This document shows positions 24,332-36,980 of a stretch of 64,000 bases of DNA, piece after piece; position 1 is the stretch's first letter; every line of letters starts with the position of its first letter. Source of the DNA: Podarcis erhardii (Eukaryota). Made by a program: the position numbers and the translations under genes. The DNA lies in the NCBI GenBank assembly GCA_964252035.1, contig OZ176200.1; one strand, 5' to 3'. The notes below the pieces were generated by a model that saw only the letters and a program-made list of their open reading frames with translations, had not been told where the DNA came from and did not search any database.

Positions 24332-25736
24332 AGGTTTGTTATTACATGCCTACAAACTGAATGATAGTGTAGAAAGCAAAACAGTAATCATAATCATTAC
24401 TACTTTAGTGTTTATTTAGCATTTTCATTTAGGAGCCTTGATGTTCTCTGTTTCTATAGTCTCCATTTCTAGAGGAGGTGACTAAGATGAACCAAGTGTT
24501 CTAGATGCCCTAAGCAAAGTGAATACCGGTAGATTACATTCAAGTTTGGTGGCATAATCTGAAATAGACCCATTAACAGTTTTCTCAGAGTGGCTGAAAC
24601 TTTCCCAGTTATGTAATGTTTGAGATAAAAGTGTGTCCTTGGCCTGCTAGTCTCCTTAAGCATTACAGGTATTAACTGTCATGCAGTCTCCATCTGCTTC
24701 GTTTCCTCCCCTGTCAACAATCTGAAACGATTCATTCAAAATAGAACAGCAATGTAAGGAAGGTGTCGCTTGTTCTAATGCACCTTGTTAGTCACATGGA
24801 GCTGATCCTCTGTATATTTTCTGAGGGCTCATGCATATGCAATATTGCTTGAACTACAGATATAAAAGTCTTCCTGTGTACATTGAGCAGCTCAGAGAAC
24901 ACTCCTGCTTTTGGCAGAAGTGAGGTCACTGTCATAGAGATCTGCCATAGCAACCAACGTGGGTACTGACAGATTCAAAGAAGGAACACTCATGTCAGTC
25001 ATTATGGAGCTTAAGATGCATAAGAGAGATGTATTTGCACTAGTGAGAGCCTAAACATACTTATTCTAAAGTAAGCTCTGTTGTTTGCAATAGGGCTTAC
25101 TCACAGATACATGTGCATAGTTTCGGCCAATTCAATGACTCCATGCTCATAATTTTGTCAATATATAACTCTATATTCTTAAGGAGTAAGCCAGTGCTTG
25201 CTTGCTTCATGTAATGCAATGATGTCATTTTGAGTTTGCTTGCCTTTTAATCTGCTTACAAATATGTACTGAGAAAGGCGGGCCTTGTTGCCTTGAAGCT
25301 GATCTATGACAAACAGAGAAATGTGTTTATCAGGCTATGTATTGTGCAGCCTTGATAAAATATTACACCTTTTCTCTGCCTCTGCTCTCAGTCTGTAACT
25401 TGTAAATTAGCAGCTCTGATCCTCTGCCTTAGGATGTTGCTTTGGGAGTAACACCACAAGCAGCTCAGGATGGGAAGAACTTGTCAAAGGGAGAAAATAT
25501 GTTGATTATCACACGCTTATTCTGAATCCTCTTGAAATCAGCAATCATTCACTGCTGCTAACTTCGTGCTTGGCTAGCAGAGCACATATCTAGTGGATTA
25601 CATATGTAGCAAAATACTGTTTACTGAGAAGAAAACCCCACTTATTTCAACTGAATTTGGCCACAATTCTGTTCACACTTTCTGGGAGTAAACCCCACTG
25701 AACTCAATGTGACCTACTTTTGTGTAGTCCTGCATA

Positions 25737-25857
25737 CCACATGACCTGGAAAGCTGTCTGTCAAATGCTGGCTCCCTCAGCCTGAAAAGCGAGATGAGCA
25801 CTGCACCCCATAGTCACCTTTGACTGGACTTAACCATCCAGGGGTCCTTTGGCTTTA
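25737..25857 (+). mobile_element. Older, 5'-truncated Sauria SINE 3' part
   Basis: ccacatgacctggaaagctg...gcgagatgagcactgcacccc...ccaggggtccttt aligns with the 3' half of the other two copies. Confidence 0.65.
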
Positions 25858-25980
25858 TCTGTGTTGTAAACCCCTCCCCCCACCCAGTCTGTTCATTGCA
25901 CTTTTCCACATTTTAAGTCATTATCTATTTTTTCTATTGTCACAGTGCCTAACTCTCTCCCCACTCCTTGATGTTCTATG

Positions 25981-26143
25981 CAGTGGCGTCCAAACTTTTT
26001 TCAAGTGGGCCAGATTCAATGAAGTGAAGGGCCGTGAGGGCCAACCAAAGTTGTTAACTTTTTTTAATTGTTCTTGAGCTTTTTTTTTAGGATTTTAGCT
26101 CAGGAAATAAACTGCCAGATTAAATGGACTTTGGACACACCTG
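25981..26143. mobile_element. Degenerate hAT-type MITE
   Basis: Imperfect TIRs cagtggcgtccaaac / gactttggacacacctg; TSD only partly preserved. Confidence 0.5.
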
Positions 26144-27049
26144 TCGTATGGCGCGTTTCATGAAGACCCCATCCTGCTTAGAATACACACAGGGTGTATT
26201 TACTACCTCCAGGCCAGAAAATAAAAATAATCAGTACTTTTAAGGGAAAGTATTTCAGTACTCAGTGCTTTTAACAGGAAAACAATCACAGGCGCAGAGA
26301 TCAATCAGGAAGCAAAAGAAATAAAATTCAAACAGAATGTTGGCTTAGAATGGGTTACATTCACCTGCATTGCCTGGGAATTATAATTTACATACACCCC
26401 TAGTCAAACAGGCTACAGCACTTTAGCCACATACAGCAAAGCTTCTTTCTCCTTTTGTCCTAAAAGGTAGCATGCATAGAATTAAGATACTGACAAACCA
26501 GATTTGTCAGTTTAGGGACCTGGGGCAAACTTAAGAGAAGAAAAGAAGCAAACAAAAGCAAAGGTGCAAAACGGGTGACATCAGTTCTAACCAATCTCAG
26601 ACCTTCCTCTCAAGGTGCTCAATGTACGTAAAATATTTACATTTCCTAAAGCATGAAATGTCAACTAGTTTCCTTGACATTCACAAGTTTCAGGATTGGA
26701 CAGATTTTAAGGCTGCTGTCTTGCTGATCGTAAATCCTGCTGAGATCAATTGGATTAAGTTTGAGCAAGTATGAAATTAAGTTGGATTTCCCATCTCTTC
26801 TAGCAAGAGCTTTTAGTAACTGCTTATATAATTGATTGGCCATTGATTTGGGCAGGGAAATCAATCGTTCAGGAAGGACACCATTTAAAATTTTACAATC
26901 CATAGGGTTTTTAAAAAATGATTTCTAAATTATACTCTTGACATAGCAAACTGCTTATGCTTCCTTCTCTTCACTCCCTTGCAAGTTACCTTTCATTTAA
27001 CTGGGTATGTATGTGGTTTATATGCTACTCATTATATAGCGCATGCATG

Positions 27050-27052
<3 letters not shown>

Positions 27053-27094
<42 letters not shown>
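27053..27094. repeat. (AC)21 microsatellite
   Basis: Read directly from the sequence. Confidence 0.97.
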
Positions 27095-27096
<2 letters not shown>

Positions 27097-27272
27097 CAGC
27101 CCTGTTTAGGGAAGTTTTTAATGTTTGATGTTTTATTGTATTTTTAATATTTTGTTGGAAGCCACCCAGAGTGGCTAGGGAAACCCAGCCAGATGGGCAG
27201 GGTATGTATGTATGTATGTATGTATAAATAATAAATAAATAAATGTATAAATAAATAAATATCATCATCATC
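27095..27272 (+). mobile_element. L2-type LINE 3' end with a simple-repeat tail
   Basis: gccacccagagtggctagggaaacccagccagatgggcagggt followed by (atgt)n(aaat)n(atc)n; homologous to 20729-20833. Confidence 0.65.
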
Positions 27273-27794
27273 ATGGCAAACACTCATATTTCTATGCCAA
27301 TCATATTTTAGAAGCAGGAGCTGCAGTGTGGAGAGCTGCTGTTCAGGTTCCAGTCGGCTAGCCATGCACTCTTCCAAAATCTTCCATTCCATCCACCTGT
27401 TTTCCCACCCCACCCCCTAAACAGCTGGCATCCCATAGCCACTGAGAGAGTCCCCCTCCATTACTGCCCTTTCTCCTGAGCTAAGTCTCCAGTTCTGAAC
27501 ACAGCCCTAAGGAACTCTGGCTAATCCTCAAATATAACCCTGGATTTCCCACCCTCTCAACTTTCATGTGTGTGTGTCTTTTGAGGATGGGGAGTGGATA
27601 AATAATTGACCAAGCAAATATGCCTATAAAATCCTTCTGAGTTCAGGGAACAAGAGAAGTTACAGAGCTCTCTGGCCTTAATTTCTTGCAAACAAGGTGT
27701 ATCCCGAGCAGATAACCACAGAGAAATTTGGTCCCTCATTTATCCCCGATACCTGCAAACTGGATTTCTCTTTAGTTACCGTATCCATAGCGAC

Positions 27795-28289
27795 CAGGGC
27801 CGGATTTAGGTCTGATGAGGCCCTAAGCCACTGAAGGTAATGGGACCCTTTATATGTCCAGCTGTCCTTTGTCAACAACAAATTGTCATTTTTTGTGTGT
27901 TGAATATATGCTATATGGTAATTTATGGACCTAATAGGTATCTGAAGCTATTTGCACATAACAAAATATGTATTCTATCAAAGTAATTGTTGAACTGAAA
28001 CACAATTAAGAAGTGTATTAATGGTGAAATAGTTAAGAAGTACGTTAATAGTGAAATAATTACCAGTGATATTTTAGGGAGCAGGCTAGCAGGCGGGGCC
28101 CATTACTTACATCATAGGAGCCTACACAACACAAAACACTGCATGTAGGTTTTATTTTATTTGTTTTTTATCTTATATTTTGGAAATGTACATCCAGGTG
28201 TGTTTTTTTCTTTAATTTTTTTTTGGGGGGGGCAAGAGAGTGGGGCCCTAAGCTATAACTTGTTTAGCTTAAACGTAAATCCGGCACTG
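27795..28289. mobile_element. hAT-type non-autonomous element (495 bp)
   Basis: 14-bp TIRs cag(g/t)gccggattta; decayed 8-bp TSD atagcgac/atggcgat (6/8, two transitions). Confidence 0.8.
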
Positions 28290-29320
28290 ATGGCGATGGA
28301 AACTCGTGATTCTGCGCCCGCTCCCGAGCTTCTCACCCCATCTTACTCGGCCTATGTCCCAGGGGCCCGCCCCGGCTTCGGCAACAGGCGCCGCAGCTTG
28401 GCCTGCTCGCCTTCATTTGAGCGGGCCGCCTTCCCTTCTTCTCCGCCCCTTCTGTTGGTTGTTAGGCACGTGGTGCAAAGCGAGCACGCCGGCTGGCTGG
28501 CGAGCGCAATTTCGCCCGAAAAGCGCCGGCTGCTGCGTCCCGACTCTGCGCGTCCGAGGCGCCCGCCTTGCGCGCCCCTGTTTCCCCTGCGCTCTCCAAT
28601 AGGGAGCGGTAGGAGCACCTTTGCAGACCTCCCCGCTTGGCGCTGCGAGAGCGGGGAAGTGATTCCCTCCCCGGCGCCAGCGCCTCGGCAGCAGCCTTCA
28701 ATTTCTCCCGCTCTTCTGGAGGCTCTCCCTCCTTCCTTCCTTCCTTCCTTCCACCTCGCTTCGCCCGCCGCCGGGTCTTGCGGCTGGGGCTGCCTCTACC
28801 CAGACGCGCACGGACGCCGCGGGCGGAGGAGAGCGCGCTTAGCTGGGATGGCAGCGGATGCCGCGCGGGGCTGAAGCCGGAGCGGCGCCCGCCATGGCCA
28901 AGCAGTACGACGTGCTCTTTCGCCTGCTGCTCATCGGGGACTCGGGCGTGGGCAAGACCTGCTTGCTGTGCCGCTTCACCGACAACGAGTTCCACCCTTC
29001 GCACATCTCCACCATCGGTACGCCGGGGCGGGTAGGGGAGGAAGAGAAGTCGCGGGGGGGGGATCTGCCAGCCTGGCCTCTTCCACCGTCTCCACCGGGA
29101 GCGGGGACAAAGGCGGAGGAGGACCGACGAGATTCGCCCTCGAACAAGAGGGAGCCGCAGCGACTCCTTCGTAGGGCATCATCGGGGGCCCGGCTGGAGG
29201 GAGGGAGACCTCGTGGGTCACGTTTGCGGCCTTGGGGGCATCGCTGCTGGACTGGGGGGGAGGGGTGGCTGGGTTGCATCGCGCGTAAAGACACTGCGTC
29301 TTTGGCACGGATTAAGATGT
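28290..29320 (+). promoter_or_regulatory. CpG island / RAB15 promoter and exon 1
   Basis: Dense CpG, GC boxes, E-box CACGTG at 28467-72. Boundaries are approximate. Confidence 0.8.
28894..29017 (+). CDS. RAB15: Ras-related protein Rab-15, exon 1 (124 bp coding)
   Basis: Kozak gccATGG. Translates [41 protein letters not shown](G), including the P-loop; donor G/GTacgc. Confidence 0.98.
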
Positions 29321-29590
29321 ACCTGCACAGCTGCCCATAGCAAGCCCCGAGAGGTGATTCAGATCTGAGGCTCAGGCTCCCTGAAGCAAAGCTGACACCC
29401 CTTACTAAGGCAGGGATCGCGAAAAGCGCCCCTTCTCCCTGAAATCCCGGTCCTCCCCCCTTCAGTGCCTTTGCTTCCAGTTACCTGTTGTTAGATGCTG
29501 CACCAATACCGGGCCTTGGCTCCTGCGTTGCCTGTGTTGGGAGCTAGTTTTTGTTCAATAACCGCCAGGCTCTCCGGTCACTGTACATGT

Positions 29591-29594
<4 letters not shown>

Positions 29595-29621
<27 letters not shown>
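29595..29621. repeat. (GCT)9 microsatellite
   Basis: Read directly from the sequence. Confidence 0.95.
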
Positions 29622-30564
29622 AAATGCAGTAATGCCAGCTCACCTCAAAGGTGAAAATAAATGCGACGTCATTGTTCGAAAATATGAGGTAGGCATAACA
29701 CCATGAGTCATATGGGGGTGGGGAGAGGATGGAAGAGAGAAAGCCAGAGGGAAGGCAGACCCGTTTTGCTTTCTGAAATCCCCAGTGGTGGCTATGCTAG
29801 TCCCAGGGAATAAAGTCGGCTCCTCATGAGCTCTTAAAAAAAACAGCCCTCTGATAAGTCCTACGTGAGCCTAATAAACCCATAACGTGGAATATGCCTG
29901 TTTCTTAGGAGCATCTGCTTTTTTGTGGGTGTTAGCAGGCAGATATGTGTGCTGAGAATCTGGAAGCAGCTACTGTATGAGCCCGTTCTATTTTTAGACA
30001 CAGGAGTGACTTGTGGGAGCATGCTGGTGAGCTCAGAACATAACACACAAAGCATCCTTAAGAGAGACTAAACATTGGATGTGCCCCGTTTTTCTGAGTG
30101 ATATGCAGGGCCAAGAGCAGATGATAGGATAAACTTTGGTTTTAGCTGCTTGTAATACCAGGCCTTTATATTTTGCATTTATATTCCACCTTTTCTCCAA
30201 TGAGCTCAAGGTAGTAGAGATTTTTGGGTGGTTTCTTTTTGCTTTTGCAATGGGGTTTAGTTGGTTGGGAAAGACATTGCCTGCTCTCCCCCCGCCCCAT
30301 TTTATTTATTGGGAGTCTAGGTGTTTTGGCCAGTTGAGGGGCGGTTCTGAGCATCACCAGTTTTTCTTCTGTGAAATGGGTACTTTATGGTGCATTTGAC
30401 AGTTTCTTAGATTTCAGAATACGTCCTTATGCCCCAAAAGGTTGGGGACCCCTGCCACGACAGCTGCACCACACTAGCTCCAATGGTTTGCCTTTACTGT
30501 TGGACCCAGTGTGCCTCTGGATACCAGTTGCCAGAAACTGCAGGTTTGGAGAATGCTGTTGCAC

Positions 30565-30672
30565 CCGGGTCCTGCTTGTTGGCTTCCTATGGTCATCTGG
30601 TTGTCCACTGTGAAAACAGAGTGCTGGACTAAATGGGCCTTGGCCTGATCCAGCAGGGCTCTTCTTCTGTTA
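30565..30672 (+). mobile_element. Interspersed repeat 3' fragment (SINE/CR1-like tail, family unassigned)
   Basis: gtcctgcttg...catctggttg...ctggact...gatccagcagggctcttctt recurs at 62354-62447 (+) and near 33706-33790 (-). Confidence 0.5.
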
Positions 30673-30697
30673 GCTCTGTTGGTCATGAAACACATTA

Positions 30698-30921
30698 CAG
30701 TGGTATCTCAGGTTAAGAACTTAATTCATTCTGGAGGTCTGTTCTTAACCTGAAACTGTTCTTACCCTGAGGTACCACATTAGCTAATGGGGCCTCCCGC
30801 TGCTGCTGCACCACTGCCGCACGATTTCTGTTCTCATCCTGAAGCAAAGTTCTTAACCCGAGGTACTATTTCACGGTTAGCGGAGTCTAACCTGAAGCGT
30901 CTGTAACCTGAGGTACCACTG
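30698..30921. mobile_element. MITE family A, copy 4 (224 bp)
   Basis: TA-cagtggtatctcaggttaag...gaggtaccactg-TA. Confidence 0.88.
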
Positions 30922-32995
30922 TAAATAAAAAGGGACTTTTTAAAACATGGAGGTTCCCAGAGAATGACCTCAGTCAGGCCCCACAGTTCTGAAATTAGGC
31001 ACAAGGCTTTCATCTCAGAAGGTGTGACTACTAGTGTGCCTTTCATTTTTAGAAATGTAGCGAATGTCCAAAAATAACTTGTAGATCGTGCAGGATTTTT
31101 TTGGGTGATGGTGAGATAATGAAGCATTGCCTGAAATGTGGTAAAAGAAGGCTGTGGCTGAGCTTCCCCACCTGCCTCTGACTTTGCCTGCCAAGGGCAA
31201 CATGTTGATGTTTTCCTGTAGAAACCATTCGTTTCTACCATTGTGCTAGGCTGCATAACCTATAGCAGGGGTGGGGGACATATTTTTTTCAGTCCAAGGG
31301 CCACATTCCCTTCTGGGCAACTGTCCAGGGGCCACATGCCAGTGGGTGGGGCCAGAGGCCAAGGTGGGTGGAGCAACGAAAGCAAATTTTACATCTATAC
31401 AATAAGTTAGTTTGTTCACACATTCTCTATCCTCCATCCAGGCAAGCAAAAGGCAATGCAGGTTTTCAAGGACACATTCCAGGCAGTCAAAAGTATTCAA
31501 GGAAAGGGTTAGGGGTGTGGCCTGGGGAGAGAAGGTGCCATATAGAGAGGTGTGATTGGCTGCATTTGGCCTCTGGGCCTGAAGCTCCCCAGCTATGGCT
31601 CGATTCCTCAGGCTTGCATTCAGCGGCTGGCAGCTTGAGAAGAAAGCTGCTTTGGGGCATGTCCATCTTGACACAGCGCCATCTGAAAGAGCTCTGTAGC
31701 CCATATCAGGCATAGGACTTGCAAGTAAAGCCAACATGCATGTGGGTTGGGGAGGGTTGGGCATTAGTATTGAAGCTATTAATTTCAGATTTGAGTATTT
31801 GGTCAGTTTGCAAGCTTATGATGGAATCGTTCTGGAAAGTGAGAAGTTCCCATTTTCCTCCATCATCCCATCTGTTTGGGACTGATGGGTGTTGAAGTTC
31901 AGTAGCCTTGGGGTGGAAGACACAGGTTTCCCCATCCCTGCCATACACCGAAGAATTGCATATTCCAGTATTTAGCTTTCTGGCCAATAAGTTACTTTCC
32001 TATCATGGTCTATTTTACGAAATAGGATGAAATTCCCTTTACTTCCTGTTTAATTGCTTTTGTAGTCAGTAGTCAAGAAAAAAATAAATTGGGATTTTTA
32101 AAAGAGTAATTTGTAAGAGTAATTTAAAGAGAAAATTTTCAGTTTACATTGGAAAACGTTCATTTGCTCTAGAGAGTGGTCTAAGTTAGCAAGTTTATAT
32201 TACTAGTATTTAGTAAACCAACCTAAAATCATTGACACTGCCAAGCTTGCATAATATTTGTTTGCAGTTGGCATCCATTGTTACTAGCAAACTTATGAAA
32301 AGGAAAATTGTCCATACAGAAATAAAGCTCTGGTTTTCAAAAGCTTTCTTGGAACTTCTGGTGCTAAGAAAGCAAGGTTTTTTGCTTAGTCCCATGATTT
32401 CTTGTAAATCATGCTTTTCCAAATTTCACCCAATTCCTCACTCGTGATATGTATTTGCATCCATATGTTACAGAGTCTCTCCTCTCTTCTGCTCCTCCAG
32501 TTGCTTAATATCCTCCAATAAGTCACTCATTCTTCCAGTAACTTATCTGGCCAGTGAGCAGGCTTTAAGCTTTATTACAATTTGTAGAATCCTGAGGGTC
32601 ACCAACTGAAGCCAAGTGTAAAATAGTGCTTCAAGAAGGCAGACACACATTAAGAATCAAGCACATATTCAGTCCAGGGCAAAAATCCATTCCTGGTTTC
32701 TTTGTTCAAGCCCTTTAATTTAGCAAGGGAAGCCTTTTAGTTGTTGCTATTGTCAAACAATTGAGAAACACTTACTAATCTACTGCAAAACACCCAGAGA
32801 TCTACCAAGTGGATCGTGGCCTACCTTCTACCTAATGCTGCTGCCGTCCAATGTACCATGGGAATAATGGTAGTAAACAAGAATGGCCACTGCCACTTCC
32901 ACTTCCAGGGTGTGCCCTAACTACCCCATTTGTAGGCTTGTAGCAAAATATACTACTCACAGTGGTGTTCACTCAGGGAGATTACCTCCTTTTAG

Positions 32996-33116
32996 CAAGG
33001 GTGGCTCCACCAGATATTTGTAGGACTCCCATCAGTCCCAGCCAACATGGCAATGGTAAGGAATAATAGGAGTTGTAGTCCATCAACATTTGGAGGGCCA
33101 CAGGTCCCCCACTCTG
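32996..33116. mobile_element. Palindromic ~120-bp MITE (actacaactccca family); related copies at about 31820-31935, 34820-34890, 41498-41622, 46620-46742 and 59050-59120
   Basis: Recurrent ccctccanatgttg...actacaactcccatc...gggagttgtagtcca...tggagggcca architecture. Ends are approximate. Confidence 0.55.
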
Positions 33117-34879
33117 CTTTATAGGGGGGAAATCAGGTATTAAATGGTCTTCATTCAGGTGAGTAGGCAGTGAAGACTATCACTAGGTTGGGTTTTTAGC
33201 CCCCACTTCCCTATTCTCCTGAGATGGAACATTAGGAGGGTTGTGGAAGAGTGGAGTTAACAGAAGTGCCACCTCTCTTGAAAAGCTTGTTCTTCATGTG
33301 ACCTGCTGCTTAGATATGCTTGAGCTTAAACCCACTCAGGTTGACCATGGCCGGTTTTAGCCAGGTAGCTTGTATGTATGAATAGCTTTGTAATGGGATA
33401 TGTTCCTCCTTGAGTTTATATTTTCTCCAGCAGTGGACCATTTCCAAAATGGTCCTGTTCTCCCACACGGTGACGCAAGCACACAGTCCTCATCTGCGTT
33501 AAGTTAATGAAGTTCTCATTGTGACCACAGAGCGAGTAGAAAATGCCTTGCGGAGTACAAAGGATCACTTTCAACTTGTTCCTGCTTGGTGAATCGTGCA
33601 CGATATGTGAGTCACCCTCAGAAAGCTACACAATTTTCTGAGGAGAAAATAAACTTAATCTTGGATCAGGGAGCTTTTTTTGTGCAGAATGCAAGGCTTT
33701 GTTTTGCTGGATCAGGCCAAGTGTCCATCTAGTTCAGCGATCTGTGTCCCAACAGAAGCTAGCTGGGTTCCTGGAGGAAATTTATAAGCAAGGCATGAGG
33801 GTCACCGTCCCTTTTGGTTTGCAATCAGTTTCTGATCATTGGAACTATATTGCGTCTTAACATTTATTTCTCATAGTTAACAACTACTGGTAGATGTACG
33901 AACCTGCCTCCACCAAGGGAGACCACTGGTCCACCTACCTTGGTCTTTCCTTCTCTACCCTGATAGGCAGCACCTTTCCAGGCTTTCAGATGAGTCCCTT
34001 CCCTCAGCCATGTCTGAAGATGCCAGCAATTGGACCTGGGGCCTTTTCCATGCAAAGTACCTGCCTGTTCTGTAGCCTCTAACCTGCCCAATCATGGATC
34101 TAAAAACTGTTGTCTTATGCATTCACTTCTGGGTTTGATTGCCACAGTTTCTTAAGCTATGGCTGACATGAGGAAGGCCTCATGCAAGGCTTATAAACCT
34201 GGTACTCTCAAGCAGCTCTACCCTGCCCTGCAACCAGAAGAATGACAAACTCAGAAGAGAAATATTTCAAGGCAGCAGGTAGGTGCTTGGTTTGGGCATA
34301 TGTGTTAGTGCTGAGGTGTTTTGTCAGCCAAGCTTTATTGCACTGTGGCACACCACCTTGGAAAGACGGGTTGCGTAGGAAGCTGTGTGCAGCTTTGGTG
34401 GCATTTATCTTGCAGTCCCCTGTGCTGCTGAAAGGTATCTGCTTCTTCAGCAGTGTGGGCAAGCGGCTGCAGTAGAAACTTCAAAGAAACACACAGAGGC
34501 TTTGGTGCTTTCTGCTTTTGCTGGCTGTCCTGCAGAGAACTGGGGAGTTGGGCTGTCGTTCTTATACAAGGAGAAAAGGCTTCAAAAGAATCTAGACCAG
34601 TTCACAGATAAGTTGAAGCTGCGCAGCCTACTAAGGTTAGATCTCCAACCTCTGACAAAATGAACATACCTTTCATGGGTATGTTCCCTACTCCAGTAAG
34701 ATTTTCTTGTCCTGTTTTTATACACACACACATACACACACCATGGCTGAGCATGCAAAGGCAACATACGTTAGATTGTATAGTAAACTATTCTTTATGA
34801 CCCACATTGGTCTAGACCAGAGGTGGACAGCCAGCGCCCCTCCATATGTTGTTGGACTCCAACTGTCATCAACCCCACC

Positions 34880-35370
34880 AATGGCCAGGCCCAGCTCTGG
34901 GATGGAAATAGCCTTGGTCACCCTGGTGGATGATGTGCTCTGGAGGAAGGAAGGATGGAAGGAGTGCTACCCTGTTAGTATCAAAAGCCACTGAGAAGTC
35001 CAGGAAAGCTATCAACCATAGTATCCTTCTGGGTCAACTATTGGGTATTGGACTTAGTGGACACTTTTTTACATTTGTTCTTGTTGTTCCATGATGGAAG
35101 TTCTCGGGTGATAATGTTGGGCAAATCTTGCCCTGTGCCCTATGGCTTTCAGGGTGCCCCAGGGCTCTGTTTTGTCTTCCGTGTGTTTTAAGAGCTGCAT
35201 GAAGCTACTGGGGGAAGTCATCCAAAGGTTGATGACATGGAACTCTGTCTTTCTTTTCCATCTTCTGATATCAGGTTTTAGAAACTCTAAACTGGTGCCT
35301 GGAGGCAATTCTGAGATGGATGAGGGTGAACAAGCAGAGGTTAAATCTAGGCAAGACAAAGGTGCTGTGG
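34880..35370 (+). mobile_element. Decayed L2-clade LINE reverse transcriptase fragment
   Basis: Frameshifted RT motifs: EIALVTLVDD, VPQGSVLS..F...MKLLGEVI, RLNLGKTK-like. Confidence 0.7.
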
Positions 35371-35485
35371 GCTGGGATATTCCCCAGATGAGGTTCCACT
35401 TCACCTTAAAGACCCAAGTCCGCATTGCAAATGCTGCTGGCTTGGGTGCTGAATAGTGAAGCCCAAGTAGTGTTGGTAGCTAGGG

Positions 35486-35617
35486 TAAGGTTCCAGACAT
35501 CCCTGTTTCCCGGGGACAGTCCCCAGATTTACAAATCAGTCCCTTGACAAAATCCATCTATTTAGTAGGAAGTTGAAAAGTGTCCCCGGATTCATTGAAA
35601 AAAATCTGGTAACCTTG
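35486..35617. mobile_element. hAT-type MITE (~132 bp)
   Basis: TIRs aaggtt(a)ccaga; TSD agctaggg/acctaggg (7/8). Confidence 0.7.
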
Positions 35618-36695
35618 ACCTAGGGGTGTGTTTCATTCATTTCAGCTGGTATGCCAATGGTGGCCATTTCTGCAGAGGACAAAATTAGCCACAGTGATCT
35701 ATTTCCAGACTAGATGCAGATAAGGCACTCTGCACAGGACTGCCTTTAAATAGTGTCTAGAAACTTCAACTGGTCCAAAAAGCAGTCGCCATAGTCCTGA
35801 TGGGTATACTGTTGTCAGCGTCAACAACATCTATATTATAGCAAGTATAGTGGCCCATTTTAAAGGGCTGGTTTTAAACTTTGAAGCCCTAAAAGGTTTA
35901 AGCTGTGAGCTGTCTGGCAGCAGCTGTGACATCTTGCCCACACACTGAGACCTCAACCAGAGGCCTGCTTGGTGTGTTTACTCCGTAGTTCTGTGAGATT
36001 GGTGACCATCAGAGTGAGAGCACTAGTTGGAGTTGATTAAAATGAGCTCTGCCTAGCTACTGACTCTGCTGTAGTGTTATGGAGTTTGTATGAATATGTC
36101 AACTGCTCAGAAGTTTAAAAGAACTGTCAGCGCTGTATAGCAAGGCTAGAGACAGGTTGGGCTGCTGGTGAGAAGGAGTTCAACAGAGAAGGGAGGATCC
36201 AGCTCCTTAACAATGGTGATCTACTCTTAGATTGTGTGTGTGTGAATGTTGTTTGCATATTCACATCGTGGGATGGTTGTGCAGTAGACTGAAGAGAAGA
36301 TAGATATGGGGGAAGAAATTCAATGTAGCACCATGGCATTGGTTCTGTCAGTGCAAGCATTTCAGCTCATCCAATGGAATGATTCCCCCCCCCCTTCTCC
36401 CTTCCCCCAAGCATTGTTTTGGGGGAAACTATCAAGCCCCCTAAGAGCCAATTTTTGGACGGGGGGAAGCAGTGTTGCACTAGTGGAAGGACTTGCACAA
36501 TCTTCTGCTAGTGGGACTCGATTGAATCAAGCCCAAGGAAGATGCTGCATGTGAGAAACACGTACATGGATATTTGTGGGTCTCCATATATATGTTCTAA
36601 ACATCACATAAACTACCGTAATTACACTCAGCAGAATCTACTGGTTAGGGATGAAGTTGCCCTTGTAACTTATCTTTTGCTTTTGTTATTCACAG

Positions 36696-36756
36696 GAGTT
36701 GATTTTAAAATGAAGACTATAGAAGTAGATGGCATTAAGGTCCGAATACAGATCTG
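36696..36756 (+). CDS. RAB15: Rab-15 exon 2 (61 bp)
   Basis: cacAG / GTaagt. Translates (G)VDFKMKTIEVDGIKVRIQI(W). Confidence 0.98.
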
Positions 36757-36789
36757 GTAAGTGGTTTTAGCTATTGCAATGTAGATCTT

Positions 36790-36980
36790 CGGACAGAGAG
36801 CTGAACTCTGGATCTGGGAGACCAGATGAGAGTTCCTTGCTGTGAATACATTGTGAGAACTTTGATGAGTTGCCCATTCTCAGCCTCAGTTATTTTATCT
36901 GTAAAATAGGAATGGCAAGTAACTCAGCCAGCAAGATTTCCATAAAGTGAACATGCAGAGAGATTGTAAAGCACTCTGTA
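36790..36980 (+). mobile_element. Ancient CORE-SINE (MIR-like) remnant
   Basis: ctcagcctcagttattttatctgtaaaataggaat resembles the MIR/CORE consensus as recalled. Highly decayed. Confidence 0.45.

Noticed and set aside
26142-26679. Possible solo LTR (TG...CA)
   Set aside because: No TSD, and the initial TG is better explained as the end of the hAT MITE at 25981-26143.
28161-29340. Many overlapping 100-237 aa ORFs on both strands
   Set aside because: Expected stop-codon scarcity in a CpG island; only RAB15 exon 1 has homology.
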